Assembly: GCA_031458695.1 (NCBI GenBank)
Contig: JAVKJW010000011.1
Location: forward strand, 8,717 to 72,716
Reading direction: 5' to 3'
Origin: Candidatus Thermofontivivens primus
GTDB taxonomy: Bacteria; Sysuimicrobiota; Sysuimicrobiia; Sysuimicrobiales; Thermofontiviventaceae
Length of the DNA stretch: 64,000 nucleotides
In this document: positions 18,138 through 27,720 of the stretch, piece after piece
Layout of the letters: every line of letters begins with the position of its first letter
How positions within the stretch are numbered: the stretch's first letter is position 1
The notes under the pieces: generated by a model
Told to the model about the DNA's origin: nothing
Databases searched by the model: none
Seen by the model: the letters and a program-made list of their open reading frames with translations, nothing else
Made by a program: the position numbers and the translations under genes

Positions 18138-19643
18138 ATGGATGTACTCCTACAGACCTTAGCTCTTCTGTCCCAGCCAAAAGTGGTCATGATTGTATTG
18201 CTGTCGGCGGTCTATGGCCTGTTCATCGGAGCCATACCAGGTCTGACCGCTACGATGGCGACGGCACTCCTCGTCCCGTTCACGTTCTTCCTGGATCCCC
18301 TCTCCGGACTCGTGGCTATCATCACCATGGAAGCGATGGCGATCTTCGCCGGCGATATCCCTGCTGTGCTCTTGCGGATCCCAGGAACCCCTTCATCTGC
18401 AGCCTATACCGAGGACTCCTACGAGCTGACGAAACAAGGGAAGGGGGAAATCGCCCTTGGGCTAGACCTGATCTGCTCATCCATCGGCGGGATCATAGGT
18501 GCCGTTGCTTTCATCGTCGGTGCCCCCCTCCTCCTTTTTATCGCCATGAATTTCACTTCCTTCGAGAACTTCTGGCTCGCCGTGTTGGGCCTGAGCGGAG
18601 CGGCCATGGTCTCGTCTGGGGCTCCGCTGAAGGGAACGATCAGCGCGCTTTTGGGCCTGTTCCTTTCCACCATCGGCATTGACATCACTCTGGGCTATCC
18701 CAGGTTTACCTTCGGGAACGTCAACCTGCTGAATGGCATCAGCTTCATCCCGGCGATGATCGGCTTATATGGGATCTCTGAGGTTCTGCGGGGAGCCTTG
18801 AGCCCCCACTTGGAGTATCCGATTACCCGCGTGCGCGCAGCAAGTATCTTCCAGGGGGTCTACCAGCTGTTGAAGCGGTATAAGCTACAGCTCTTCCGAG
18901 GAGGCCTCATTGGGACCTTTGTGGGGGCGCTTCCAGGCGCCGGCGCGGATATCGCGGCGTGGTTGTCTTACGCTGTGGCGAAGCGCTTCTCCAAGGAGCC
19001 GGAGAAGTTCGGGAAGGGAAGCTTTGAACCCATCATCGACGCAGGGACGGCGAACAACGCGGCGCTAGGGTCGGCGTGGATCCCTGCCCTTGTGTTTGGC
19101 ATCCCTGGCGACCCGGTGACTGCTATTGTCATTGGTGTTTTGATGATGAAGGGCCTCAGGCCTGGACCATTGATCTTCCAAGAGCAGGCGGGTCTCCTCA
19201 ACGGCCTCCGGATGATGTTCATCCTAGCCAACCTCCTCATGCTGCCCTTGGGTTACCTGGCGATCCGGGCGAGCAGTTCCATCATCCGTATCCCCCGGAA
19301 CATCCTCATGCCCATCATCCTGGCGTTTTCCATCGTTGGCGCGTATGCTTTGGAGAACAGCCTCTTCGACGTAGGGATCATGCTCGTTATGGGAATCGTC
19401 GGATACCTCATGGAGTCCAATGGGTTCCCCATTGCCCCCATTGTGCTCGGCCTGGTACTGGGTCCGCTGATCGAGCAGAACTTCATGATCAGCATGATCA
19501 AGGCGCAATGGAATCTCCTAGCATTCTTCTCCCGCCCGGCAAGCTTGGTCCTCGGTGTGGTAACACTTACCGTGTGGACGTTGCCCTTACTGACGTTCTT
19601 CGTGCGCCGGAAGCCCCTTGTGGAGGCGACCTCCGGGGGATAA
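18138..19643 (+). CDS. tctA: TctA
   Basis: GAIPGLTATM, RIPGTPSSAA, ANNAA..IPALVFGIPGD. Confidence 0.94.
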   Translation: MDVLLQTLALLSQPKVVMIVLLSAVYGLFIGAIPGLTATMATALLVPFTFFLDPLSGLVAIITMEAMAIFAGDIPAVLLRIPGTPSSAAYTEDSYELTKQGKGEIALGLDLICSSIGGIIGAVAFIVGAPLLLFIAMNFTSFENFWLAVLGLSGAAMVSSGAPLKGTISALLGLFLSTIGIDITLGYPRFTFGNVNLLNGISFIPAMIGLYGISEVLRGALSPHLEYPITRVRAASIFQGVYQLLKRYKLQLFRGGLIGTFVGALPGAGADIAAWLSYAVAKRFSKEPEKFGKGSFEPIIDAGTANNAALGSAWIPALVFGIPGDPVTAIVIGVLMMKGLRPGPLIFQEQAGLLNGLRMMFILANLLMLPLGYLAIRASSSIIRIPRNILMPIILAFSIVGAYALENSLFDVGIMLVMGIVGYLMESNGFPIAPIVLGLVLGPLIEQNFMISMIKAQWNLLAFFSRPASLVLGVVTLTVWTLPLLTFFVRRKPLVEATSGG

Positions 19644-19681
19644 ACAGCTTACTTTCCCGGGAATGAGATGGAGGTGGGGAC

Positions 19682-20638
19682 ATGAATCGTCCCGTGGTGA
19701 CGCTGGGGGAGGCGATGATCCGCCTCAGTCCTTCGGGAAGGGCTTCCCTGGAGCAATCGGACCTCTGGGAAGTATACGTCGGAGGTGCAGAGGCAAATTT
19801 CGCTGTAGCGCTCGCTCGGCTGGGCATGCACGTCCAGTGGATCTCAAAGGTCACTCGGAATCCCCTCGGAAAGAAAATCGTGGGAAAGATCCGGGAACAT
19901 GGTGTGGACGTCTCCAAGGTGATTTGGACAGATGAGGGAAGGGTGGGGATTTTCTTCGCTGAGCCCGGACCCCTTCCTGAGAGCTGGATGATCCTCTACG
20001 ACCGCAAAGGATCGGCCATGTCCCACGTCAATCCGGAAGAAGTGGATTGGGAAAGTGTGCGGAACGCTCGGCTTATTCATCTTACCGGGATCACGCCGGC
20101 CCTTAGCGAGGGGTGCCTGAAAGTAGTCGAGAGGGCAATCTCAGAGGCAAGGGAAGGTGGGGCACTTGTCTCTTTCGATACAAACTATCGCGCAAAGCTC
20201 TGGAGTGCGGAAGAGGCCTTGGCGATCCTTGCGCGGTTGCTCCAGGGTGTGGACCTCCTCATCGCCTCGCTGCGCGATATCCAGGCGTTGTTCAAGGGCG
20301 GGGAAGATGGGGAGGTGGAAGCGCGAAAGCTCTACTCCCAGTTTCGTCCCAGGGTGGTGGTGGTGACGCTGGGCGAGAAGGGCGCGTTGGCATACGATGG
20401 GGAGAGGGTCTACCAGCGGGAAGCCTATCCTACGCAGGTCATCGATCGCATCGGAAGGGGAGATGCGTTCGATGCAGGCTTTGTCTACGGCTACCTCACG
20501 GGAGACATTGACAAAGGGCTCATGTATGGGAATGCCCTCGCCGCACTTGCTCAGACGCGGCCGGGGGACCTCTGCTGGTTTTCGCAGGATGAGATACACG
20601 GACTCATTCAGGGCACTTTCCGCCGCATCTCCCGCTGA
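19682..20638 (+). CDS. PfkB-family sugar kinase, 2-keto-3-deoxygluconate kinase-like
   Basis: LGEAMIRL, GGAEANFA, HLTGITPALS, FDTNYRAKLWS, DRIGRGDAF. Confidence 0.9.
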   Translation: MNRPVVTLGEAMIRLSPSGRASLEQSDLWEVYVGGAEANFAVALARLGMHVQWISKVTRNPLGKKIVGKIREHGVDVSKVIWTDEGRVGIFFAEPGPLPESWMILYDRKGSAMSHVNPEEVDWESVRNARLIHLTGITPALSEGCLKVVERAISEAREGGALVSFDTNYRAKLWSAEEALAILARLLQGVDLLIASLRDIQALFKGGEDGEVEARKLYSQFRPRVVVVTLGEKGALAYDGERVYQREAYPTQVIDRIGRGDAFDAGFVYGYLTGDIDKGLMYGNALAALAQTRPGDLCWFSQDEIHGLIQGTFRRISR

Positions 20639-20751
20639 TCACCCGCAGCATCCTGAGGAGATTCTCCCCTCCCGATACAACATCTAGAGGTTGCCAAAGG
20701 GATGTTGAAAAGCCTAGCGAAATACTCCAAGAGAACCCCTGGTTTGGAGGG

Positions 20752-21372
20752 ATGAGGATGCCCAGGCTGTTTCCCCGGGAGGAATCGTTCTTTGATCTCT
20801 TCAACCAGTCGGCCGCCAACGTTCTGGAGGCGGCGCGGATGCTGAAGGCACTTCTCGATGACTACCGGGACGTGGAGAGCCGGGCGGAGGCGATCAAGGG
20901 CCTTGAGGAGCGGGGGGACGACATCACCCACGCCATCATCGACCGGCTCAACCGTACGTTTGTCACCCCCTTTGACCGGGAGGACATCTTCGCCCTTGCC
21001 AAGCAGTTGGACGATGTCCTCGACTGGATCGAGGCCTCCTCGGCCAGGATGGCGATGTACAGGGTTCCCCACCCCACAGACGAGGCGCGCGAGCTAGCTC
21101 AGGTCATCGTCGGCGAGTGCGAGGCGATCGTGGAAGCGATCGCGAACCTCCGGCACCTCCACCGGATCACCTCCGCCCTCCAGGAGATCAACCGCCTGGA
21201 GAATCTGGCGGACCACCTCCAGAGGGACGCGATCGCCAAGCTGTTCGCCACCAACGGGAACCCCATCGAGGTCATCAAGTGGAAGGAGATCTACGATACC
21301 TTGGAGGAGGCTACCGACCGAGGGGAAGATGTCGCTCACGTCCTAGAAGGGATCTACACGAAGAACCTGTGA
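20752..21372 (+). CDS. DUF47 / PhoU-like phosphate transport regulator
   Basis: LNRTFVTPFDREDI, INRLENLAD, IKWKEIY..DRGEDVA. Confidence 0.93.
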   Translation: MRMPRLFPREESFFDLFNQSAANVLEAARMLKALLDDYRDVESRAEAIKGLEERGDDITHAIIDRLNRTFVTPFDREDIFALAKQLDDVLDWIEASSARMAMYRVPHPTDEARELAQVIVGECEAIVEAIANLRHLHRITSALQEINRLENLADHLQRDAIAKLFATNGNPIEVIKWKEIYDTLEEATDRGEDVAHVLEGIYTKNL

Positions 21373-21394
21373 CCATGGAAGCTTAGTTCAGACC

Positions 21395-22411
21395 TTGGAG
21401 GACCCCGTGCCGTCAATCGTCTTCATCGTCGCAGTCCTCATCCTTGCCTGGAGCTACGATTTCTTCAATGGGATGAACGACGCGGCCAATGCAATTGCAA
21501 CCTCCGTCTCTACTCGCGCGCTGACACCTCGTCAGGCTATCTTGCTGGCACGGACGCTGAACTTCCTGGGAGCCTTTCTTACAACAGAGGTCGCGAAGAC
21601 GATCGGGAAAGGAGTGGTACGCTCCGAGGCCCTGACGGAGCCGATGGTGCTTGCAGCTCTCATCGGGGCCACCGCTTGGGCATGGCTGTGTACTCACTAC
21701 GGGATCCCCATCAGTATCACTCATTCCTTGGTTGCAGGGCTTATGGGAGCGGGCTGGGCTGGAGGAGGCTTCCAGGCATTACAACTACGCGGCTTTGTGA
21801 AGATCGCCTATGCTATGATTGTCTCCCCGGTGACTGGCTTCCTTGGAGGATTCGCGCTGATGCTGTTGGCATACTGGATCTTCCGTCGCATGCTGCCGAC
21901 AGTTGTCACTCGGATCTTCCGCTACGGGCAGATCCTTTCTGCGTCGTATATGGCATTCGCTCACGGCGCCAATGACACCCAGAACGCCATGGGCGTGATC
22001 ACCGCAGCACTCCTTGCCGGGGGGTTCATCAAGGAGTTCAAGGTCCCGTGGTGGGTCATCCTGGGGTCTGCTTTCTTCATGGGGTTGGGTACTTCCTTCG
22101 GCGGATGGCGCGTGATCCGGACGATGGGCATGCGCATGGTAAAGCTCCAGCCCATCCAGGGTTTCAGCGCAGAGGCATCCGCTGCCACGGTCATGATCGT
22201 GGCGTCCCTTCTTGGCCTGCCCATCAGCACCACCCACGTCATCTCCACTGCCATCATGGGGGTGGGGGCAACACGGCGTCTCTCTGCGGTGCGTTGGGGG
22301 ATCGCCGGGCACATTGTCGCCGCATGGATCTTCACGTTCCCAGGCGCTGCGGCCATCGCCGCGATTGCTTACTACCTCCTCATTGGCGGACTACGTCTCC
22401 TAGGCACCTAG
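21395..22411 (+). CDS. PiT-family inorganic phosphate transporter
   Basis: NGMNDAANAIATSV, HGANDTQNAMG, PISTTH. Confidence 0.94.
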   Translation: MEDPVPSIVFIVAVLILAWSYDFFNGMNDAANAIATSVSTRALTPRQAILLARTLNFLGAFLTTEVAKTIGKGVVRSEALTEPMVLAALIGATAWAWLCTHYGIPISITHSLVAGLMGAGWAGGGFQALQLRGFVKIAYAMIVSPVTGFLGGFALMLLAYWIFRRMLPTVVTRIFRYGQILSASYMAFAHGANDTQNAMGVITAALLAGGFIKEFKVPWWVILGSAFFMGLGTSFGGWRVIRTMGMRMVKLQPIQGFSAEASAATVMIVASLLGLPISTTHVISTAIMGVGATRRLSAVRWGIAGHIVAAWIFTFPGAAAIAAIAYYLLIGGLRLLGT

Positions 22412-22460
22412 CTCGTTCTCTTGATGGTTGCCTCTTCAAGCTGGTCTTATTCGCGTCTTT

Positions 22461-22490
22461 ACGAATATTGTATAAAGTGATATAATATCC
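22461..22490 (+). promoter_or_regulatory. 30-bp promoter/operator, copy 1 (extended -10 TGnTATAAT)
   Basis: acgaatattgtataaagtgatataatatcc; 29/30 identical to 31178-31207. Confidence 0.85.
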
Positions 22491-22648
22491 GTTGCGAGAT
22501 CCGTGCTCTATGGCGGTTCGCGCGCAATGATCTAAGATGCCTGTCAGAAGCTTGTAGCGGATTTTGGTAAGGACCCAACAGGGGAAAGTTCCAGAGTCAC
22601 GGTGTAACAAGATTTCTGTCCGCTTATGCGAACGCAGGAGGAGCGGTC

Positions 22649-23521
22649 GTGTCCTTCCTATACTTCGTCCCTGCGACCGTTCAAGAGGCAGTTGAACTCC
22701 TCTCCCACTACGGCGAGGATGCGAAGGTGATCGCTGGCGGGACAGACCTCGTAGTACGGATCCGAGATGGGCTTATCCAGCCTGCTGCTCTCGTGGATAT
22801 CGAGCGTATCCCCGAGCTCTCACGCATCTCCTTGGAAGACTCCAGGCTCCACATTGGCGCCACGGCGACGATTGCTTCGATCCTTGAGTCGATAGAGGTG
22901 AACCACCTTGCTCCTGTGGTGAGCGAAGCTGCGCGCCAAATGGGCGCTGTCCAGCTCCGGAATCGTGCTACGATCGGTGGCAACCTCGCCTCCGCAGTTC
23001 CTTCCGCCGACATGGCTCCCCCACTCCTTGTCCTGGAGGCCACGGTCTCCATCACCGGTCCTTCTGGAGAGCAAACTCTCCCCATCGACGAATTCTTTAC
23101 CGGACCTCATCAAAGTGCTCTCCGTCCTGATGAGGTGCTCACTTCCATCGAAATCCCTGTCCAGGAGAGCGGAACCGGTGCTGCTTTTGTCAAGTTTGGA
23201 AAGCGCAGTGCGCAGGTGATCGCAGTCGTGAACGCGGCTGCGTGGGTTCGCATTCGCAAGGGTCGTATCGAAGAGGCCAGGATTGCCCTTGGGGCTGTAG
23301 CGCCAACGCCAATCCGAGCGAGAGGGGCGGAGGTCCTCCTGCGTGGACAGGAAATCCGAGCCGATCTTCTGGAAGACGCCGCTCAGGCTGCGGCGATGGA
23401 GGCACGGCCGATCACGGATTTCCGTGGGACCCTGGAATTCCGTCGTGAGCTTTGCCGCGTTCTCGTTCGACGAGCCCTGGAACAGGCGGTGCAACGAGCT
23501 ATCAAGAGGGAGCAGGAATGA
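22649..23521 (+). CDS. Mo-hydroxylase (xanthine dehydrogenase family) FAD-binding subunit, NdhF/CoxM-like
   Basis: IAGGTDL, QLRNRATIGGNL, ALGAVAPTP. Confidence 0.94.
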   Translation: MSFLYFVPATVQEAVELLSHYGEDAKVIAGGTDLVVRIRDGLIQPAALVDIERIPELSRISLEDSRLHIGATATIASILESIEVNHLAPVVSEAARQMGAVQLRNRATIGGNLASAVPSADMAPPLLVLEATVSITGPSGEQTLPIDEFFTGPHQSALRPDEVLTSIEIPVQESGTGAAFVKFGKRSAQVIAVVNAAAWVRIRKGRIEEARIALGAVAPTPIRARGAEVLLRGQEIRADLLEDAAQAAAMEARPITDFRGTLEFRRELCRVLVRRALEQAVQRAIKREQE

Positions 23522-23988
23522 CGTTCCATTTGCGCTTTTGGCTGAACGGGCAGGAAGTTCGTACTGAAGTAGAACCCGACGAGACGCTCCTTTGGGTCCT
23601 CCGCGAGCGCCTGAACATGACAGGAACCAAGGTTGGATGCGAAGCTGGCGATTGCGGGGCATGTACGGTACTCTTGGATGGGAGGCCGGTGACAAGCTGC
23701 CTCCTGTTGGCTCCAAAGGCTCACGGCCGCCACGTGGTAACGATTGAGGGGCTTGGCTCCCCCGCGAAGTTGCACCCGCTCCAGCAAGCCTTCATTACCT
23801 ACGGAGCCCTTCAGTGTGGTTTTTGCGGCCCCGGGATGTTGCTCTCCGCAGCCGCATTGTTGACGCAGAACCCTCACCCCACAGAGAGAGAAGTCCGGGA
23901 GGCCATTGCAGGCAACCTCTGTCGATGCACCGGGTACCAGAAGATTGTGCAAGCGATCCTGGCTGTCTCACGAGGGGAGGTCCCATGA
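23518..23988 (+). CDS. Mo-hydroxylase 2x[2Fe-2S] subunit, NdhS/CoxS-like
   Basis: GCEAGDCGAC..C and QCGFC..GNLCRCTGY; ATGA coupling. Confidence 0.95.
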   Translation: MTFHLRFWLNGQEVRTEVEPDETLLWVLRERLNMTGTKVGCEAGDCGACTVLLDGRPVTSCLLLAPKAHGRHVVTIEGLGSPAKLHPLQQAFITYGALQCGFCGPGMLLSAAALLTQNPHPTEREVREAIAGNLCRCTGYQKIVQAILAVSRGEVP

Positions 23989-25289
23989 CCGTCATCACGC
24001 GTCCCGCTCCCCCACCAGTTGTAGAGGAAGCGGCGGAAGGGGCTGTGGGAAAGCGAAAGAGCCGCCATGATGCCCTTCTCCAAGTGACCGGTCAAGCCCT
24101 TTATGGCGTAGATATGAAAGCCCCGGGCATGCTTTGGGCCAAAGCTGTGCGTAGTCCTTACCCACACGCCCGCATCGTTCGCATCGATCCGACAAGAGCC
24201 CTTTCCATCCCCGGGGTCGCTTGTGTGATTACGGCGCGTGACATTCCCCACAACCGGTACGGGTTCACACACCAGGACCAGCGCGTCCTTGCAGATGACC
24301 GGGTTCGCTATGTGGGAGAAGCTGTAGCGGTCGTTGCAGCAGAAACCCTGCGTGTGGCGACAGAGGCGGCCAAGGAGGTTGTGGTGGAGTATGAGCCCTT
24401 GCCTGCGGTCTTTGATCCCATCGAAGCAATGCAGCCGGGAGCGCCTCAGGTACACGAAGGAGGCAACATCGCAGCGCGCCTTCACATCCGGGACGGGGAT
24501 GTGGAGCGAGGGTTCTCCGAGGCAGAGATCATTGTCGAGGAAGAATTTCGGACTCCCTTTGTTGAGCACTGCCACCTGGAACCCCACGCCGCCCTGGCAA
24601 TCCCTGGTCCTCAGGGGACGTTGACCATTTACTCTTCCGTGCAACGCCCCTTCCTCGTTGCGAGCGATGTGGCGAAAGTCCTGTCCATGCCATTATCCCA
24701 CGTGCGAGTGGTTGCAACCAGCGTCGGAGGCGGTTTTGGAGGGAAGAATGAGATGACTCTGGAGCCCTGGGTAGGCCTCCTGGCCCTCCGGACAGGGCGT
24801 CCCGTGAAGATGGTCTTTACCAGGGAGGAAGAGTTCCAGGCGACAACCGTCCGGCATCCTTATCGGATGCGCTACCGTACCGGTGTACGCCGCGATGGAA
24901 CACTTGTGGCCAGGAGTGTAGAGATCATCAGCGACTGCGGAGCGTACGTTTCGTGGGGAGCGTCTACGCTGGCGAAGGCATGCATCCACGCCGCAGGTCC
25001 CTATGTGATCCCCCACGTGAAGATTGAGGGTTTCCTTGTCTACACAAACAACCCAGTGGGAGGGGCCATGCGCGGGTTCGGGGTACCCCAGGTAGGATTT
25101 GCCTACGAGTGTCATACAGACTCGGTCGCTGCTGCCGTGGGGATGGATCCTATCACGTTCCGTCTTCGCAATGGTCTGCGCGATGGTTGCCGGTTGCCCA
25201 CTGGACAAGTGTTGGAACGCGTAACCCTGCACCAGACCCTCCAGCGCGCCCTGGAACTTGCCGGTTGGGAAAGGGGGGCTGTGCCGTGA
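23985..25289 (+). CDS. Mo-hydroxylase molybdopterin-binding subunit, N-terminal part (NdhL-like)
   Basis: RSPYPHARI, HCHLEPH, VGGGFGGK, AMRGFGVPQ; GGAGG RBS and ATGA coupling. Confidence 0.92.
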   Translation: MTVITRPAPPPVVEEAAEGAVGKRKSRHDALLQVTGQALYGVDMKAPGMLWAKAVRSPYPHARIVRIDPTRALSIPGVACVITARDIPHNRYGFTHQDQRVLADDRVRYVGEAVAVVAAETLRVATEAAKEVVVEYEPLPAVFDPIEAMQPGAPQVHEGGNIAARLHIRDGDVERGFSEAEIIVEEEFRTPFVEHCHLEPHAALAIPGPQGTLTIYSSVQRPFLVASDVAKVLSMPLSHVRVVATSVGGGFGGKNEMTLEPWVGLLALRTGRPVKMVFTREEEFQATTVRHPYRMRYRTGVRRDGTLVARSVEIISDCGAYVSWGASTLAKACIHAAGPYVIPHVKIEGFLVYTNNPVGGAMRGFGVPQVGFAYECHTDSVAAAVGMDPITFRLRNGLRDGCRLPTGQVLERVTLHQTLQRALELAGWERGAVP

Positions 25290-26326
25290 AGAAACGGGGA
25301 AGGGGTGTGGCCTGGATGTTCTACCCCATCGGCTTTACGGCGTACGCCAACCCTAGCGCCGCCTTCGTTAAGGTAAATCAAGATGGATCCGCTGTGGTGT
25401 GGACAGGGGCGACGGACGTAGGACAGGGCTCTACAACGGCCCTTGCGCAGATTGCGGCAGATGCTTTGGGGATTCCAGTGGAGCTTGTAACCATGGTCAC
25501 GAGCGATACACTCCAGACTCCGATGGATATTGGGTCTGTAGCGAGCCGGGTCACCTATATCGCAGGCAACGCCATCGTCCGCGCATGCGAGATGGCCAAA
25601 CAGATTCTGTTTGAAGTGGCCTCTGAGGAGCTTGGGATCGGGCCGGAGGGCCTGGAAAGCCGGAACGGGTGGATCTTCGTGCGGGACTTCCCCGAGCGCC
25701 GGGTACGCCTGGCGGAGATCGCCAGGAAGGCCGAGGTTGTGAAAGGGCGGCCCGTGATTGGTGCAGGATCGTATAATCCGCCAACGACGTTTCTCGACCC
25801 AGAGACCGGCCACGGCAAGCCCTATAACACGTACGTCTATGCGGCGCAGGTTGCAGAGGTCGAGGTGGATACGGAAACTGGGGAGGTAAAAGTTCTTCGG
25901 ATTGCGGCTGTTCATGACTGTGGACGGGCGATCAATCCCCTCCTTGTGGAGGGACAGATCGAAGGCGGGGTTGCCATGGGCCTGGGATACGCGCTGAGTG
26001 AGGAGATGGTGCTCCAAGAAGGACGTGTTCTCAACACAAAACTCGCCGATTACCTGGTGCCTACTTCCCTGGATGTCCCTCCCATCGACGTGGAAATCGT
26101 GGAGGTGCCAGATCCTACGGGGCCTTTTGGAGCGAAAGGGATCGGTGAACCCTCTCTCCTTCCCACGGCACCCGCCATCGTCAATGCAATCTATGATGCA
26201 GTGGGGGTGCGCATCCGGGAACTCCCTGCAACTCCTGAGCGCATCCTCATGGCCCTTCGAGAGAAAGAAAAGGAACAACCAGGAAGATCCGTTAGGGACC
26301 GAGAAGACGGTCGACCTGAGAAGTGA
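25286..26326 (+). CDS. Mo-hydroxylase molybdopterin-binding subunit, C-terminal part (NdhM-like)
   Basis: GTG start MKKRGRGVA..NPSAAFV..DVGQG..ASR..GAGSYNP..EGQIEGG..GAKGIGEP; GTGA overlap with the upstream stop. Confidence 0.92.
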   Translation: MKKRGRGVAWMFYPIGFTAYANPSAAFVKVNQDGSAVVWTGATDVGQGSTTALAQIAADALGIPVELVTMVTSDTLQTPMDIGSVASRVTYIAGNAIVRACEMAKQILFEVASEELGIGPEGLESRNGWIFVRDFPERRVRLAEIARKAEVVKGRPVIGAGSYNPPTTFLDPETGHGKPYNTYVYAAQVAEVEVDTETGEVKVLRIAAVHDCGRAINPLLVEGQIEGGVAMGLGYALSEEMVLQEGRVLNTKLADYLVPTSLDVPPIDVEIVEVPDPTGPFGAKGIGEPSLLPTAPAIVNAIYDAVGVRIRELPATPERILMALREKEKEQPGRSVRDREDGRPEK

Positions 26327-26397
26327 AAAGGAGGAGGTGGGAAGAAAGGGGTAGTCACGGATCGTGGCAAAGTCGTTTGACCGGATCTCTCCAGAAG

Positions 26398-26430
26398 GGC
26401 CTCCGGCAAAAGTAAAAATTTTCCGGGAGG
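26398..26430. repeat. Dispersed palindromic repeat, degenerate copy A
   Basis: ggcctccggcaaaagt-aaa-aattttccgggagg. Confidence 0.5.
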
Positions 26431-26463
26431 TTGATCTGTATTCCCAAAGGGGGGGTGTATTCT

Positions 26464-27708
26464 ATGAAAAAATGGGCAGCGTTGCTGGCGGTTCTGCTGA
26501 TCACTGGGTTCCTAACCTCGGGAGTGGCCGGTCCGGCCGGGCCCACAAGCATCAAGATCGGGATCCTCCTTCCTCTGACCGGCCCGTTCGCTGCGGTGGC
26601 GGAGACGCAGAAGAATGGAGCGCTACTGGCCATCGATGTGGTGAACAGCAAGGGCGGGCTGAATATGCCATGGGGGAAGGTCCGCGTGGAAGGGATCGTC
26701 GCCGACGATGAGGCGAAGCTGGATGTCGGAGTCCGACGGTACCGGTACCTTGTGGAGCAGGGGGTAAAGGGAGTTGTTGGGCAGACATGGGCGCCCTTGG
26801 CATATGCCATCAATGCGGTTGTGAAGCGCGAGCCCATGCCCTATTTCCCTGTGTGCGTCATGGCAAAGGAAGCTTTTGAAAAGGGGAAGCTGGCGGATAC
26901 CACCTTCGCTGTCGCGTACAGCCCATGGACAGTGGGGTACATGGCTGGATCTGCTGCGATTAAGGTCCTGAACAAGAAGCGGATCTTCTTCCTCGCCCGT
27001 GCAGATAGCTGGGGGTGGGACATCCGAGACGGTGTGCAGGCTGCCGCGAAGCAGTTTGGAGCTGAGATTGTTGGCTATGATGAGGTTCCTCTCGGCACCA
27101 CGGATTTCACTACGGTGCTCCAGAAGGTTCGCGCGGCCAAGCCGGACGTGTTCATCTCAGCCCAGTTCGGCGCGGATGCTGTGGCCCTTCTGAAGCAAGT
27201 CCATCAGATGGGCCTGAACCGGGAGATGACCATCTTCAACGCCTTTATCACCAATGTGGTGGCCAAAGGGATCCCCCCTGAGGCGCTGAAGGATGTCTAT
27301 GCGATGCATTACTTCTACTATGACCTCCAGGCATTCCTGGGGACCTCGCCCGTGATCAAAGCTGCGAGGGATTATACGGAGATGTACCGATCGAAGTATA
27401 AGACACCCCCTGACGCGTATGCGACCATCGCCTATACGGCCCTTTCAGAGATGTTCCGCGGGTTCGAGCTGGCAGGCTCTTTTGAACCAAAGGCAATGGC
27501 CAACGCGCTCGTGGCTCATCCCAACTTCCAGACCGTCAAAGGACCAGCTTACTGGCGGAAGGATCATGCGGCCGTCTACCGGTATGCAGCATTTCTGGTA
27601 CGAGGCAAAGGTCCCGGGGAGCAGAAACACGAATGGGATCTGTTCCAAGTGATCGGTTCTCAGGGTGGTGAAGCAGTCCTGCCGTCCCTTCAGTCCCTTG
27701 GATACTAA
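26464..27708 (+). CDS. Branched-chain amino acid (Liv-type) ABC substrate-binding protein
   Basis: Signal peptide, IKIGILLPLTGPFA, PLGTTDFTTVLQKVRAAKPD. Confidence 0.92.
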   Translation: MKKWAALLAVLLITGFLTSGVAGPAGPTSIKIGILLPLTGPFAAVAETQKNGALLAIDVVNSKGGLNMPWGKVRVEGIVADDEAKLDVGVRRYRYLVEQGVKGVVGQTWAPLAYAINAVVKREPMPYFPVCVMAKEAFEKGKLADTTFAVAYSPWTVGYMAGSAAIKVLNKKRIFFLARADSWGWDIRDGVQAAAKQFGAEIVGYDEVPLGTTDFTTVLQKVRAAKPDVFISAQFGADAVALLKQVHQMGLNREMTIFNAFITNVVAKGIPPEALKDVYAMHYFYYDLQAFLGTSPVIKAARDYTEMYRSKYKTPPDAYATIAYTALSEMFRGFELAGSFEPKAMANALVAHPNFQTVKGPAYWRKDHAAVYRYAAFLVRGKGPGEQKHEWDLFQVIGSQGGEAVLPSLQSLGY

Positions 27709-27720
27709 GGATCTTGCGCG

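Noticed and set aside
25280..25292. Frameshift or selenocysteine read-through joining the two Mo subunits
   Set aside because: The ORFs are in different frames with a GTGA overlap and a purine-rich upstream RBS, matching a known natural split.
22649..26326. Aerobic CO dehydrogenase (coxMSL)
   Set aside because: The active-site loop is AMRGFG, not AYxCSFR.
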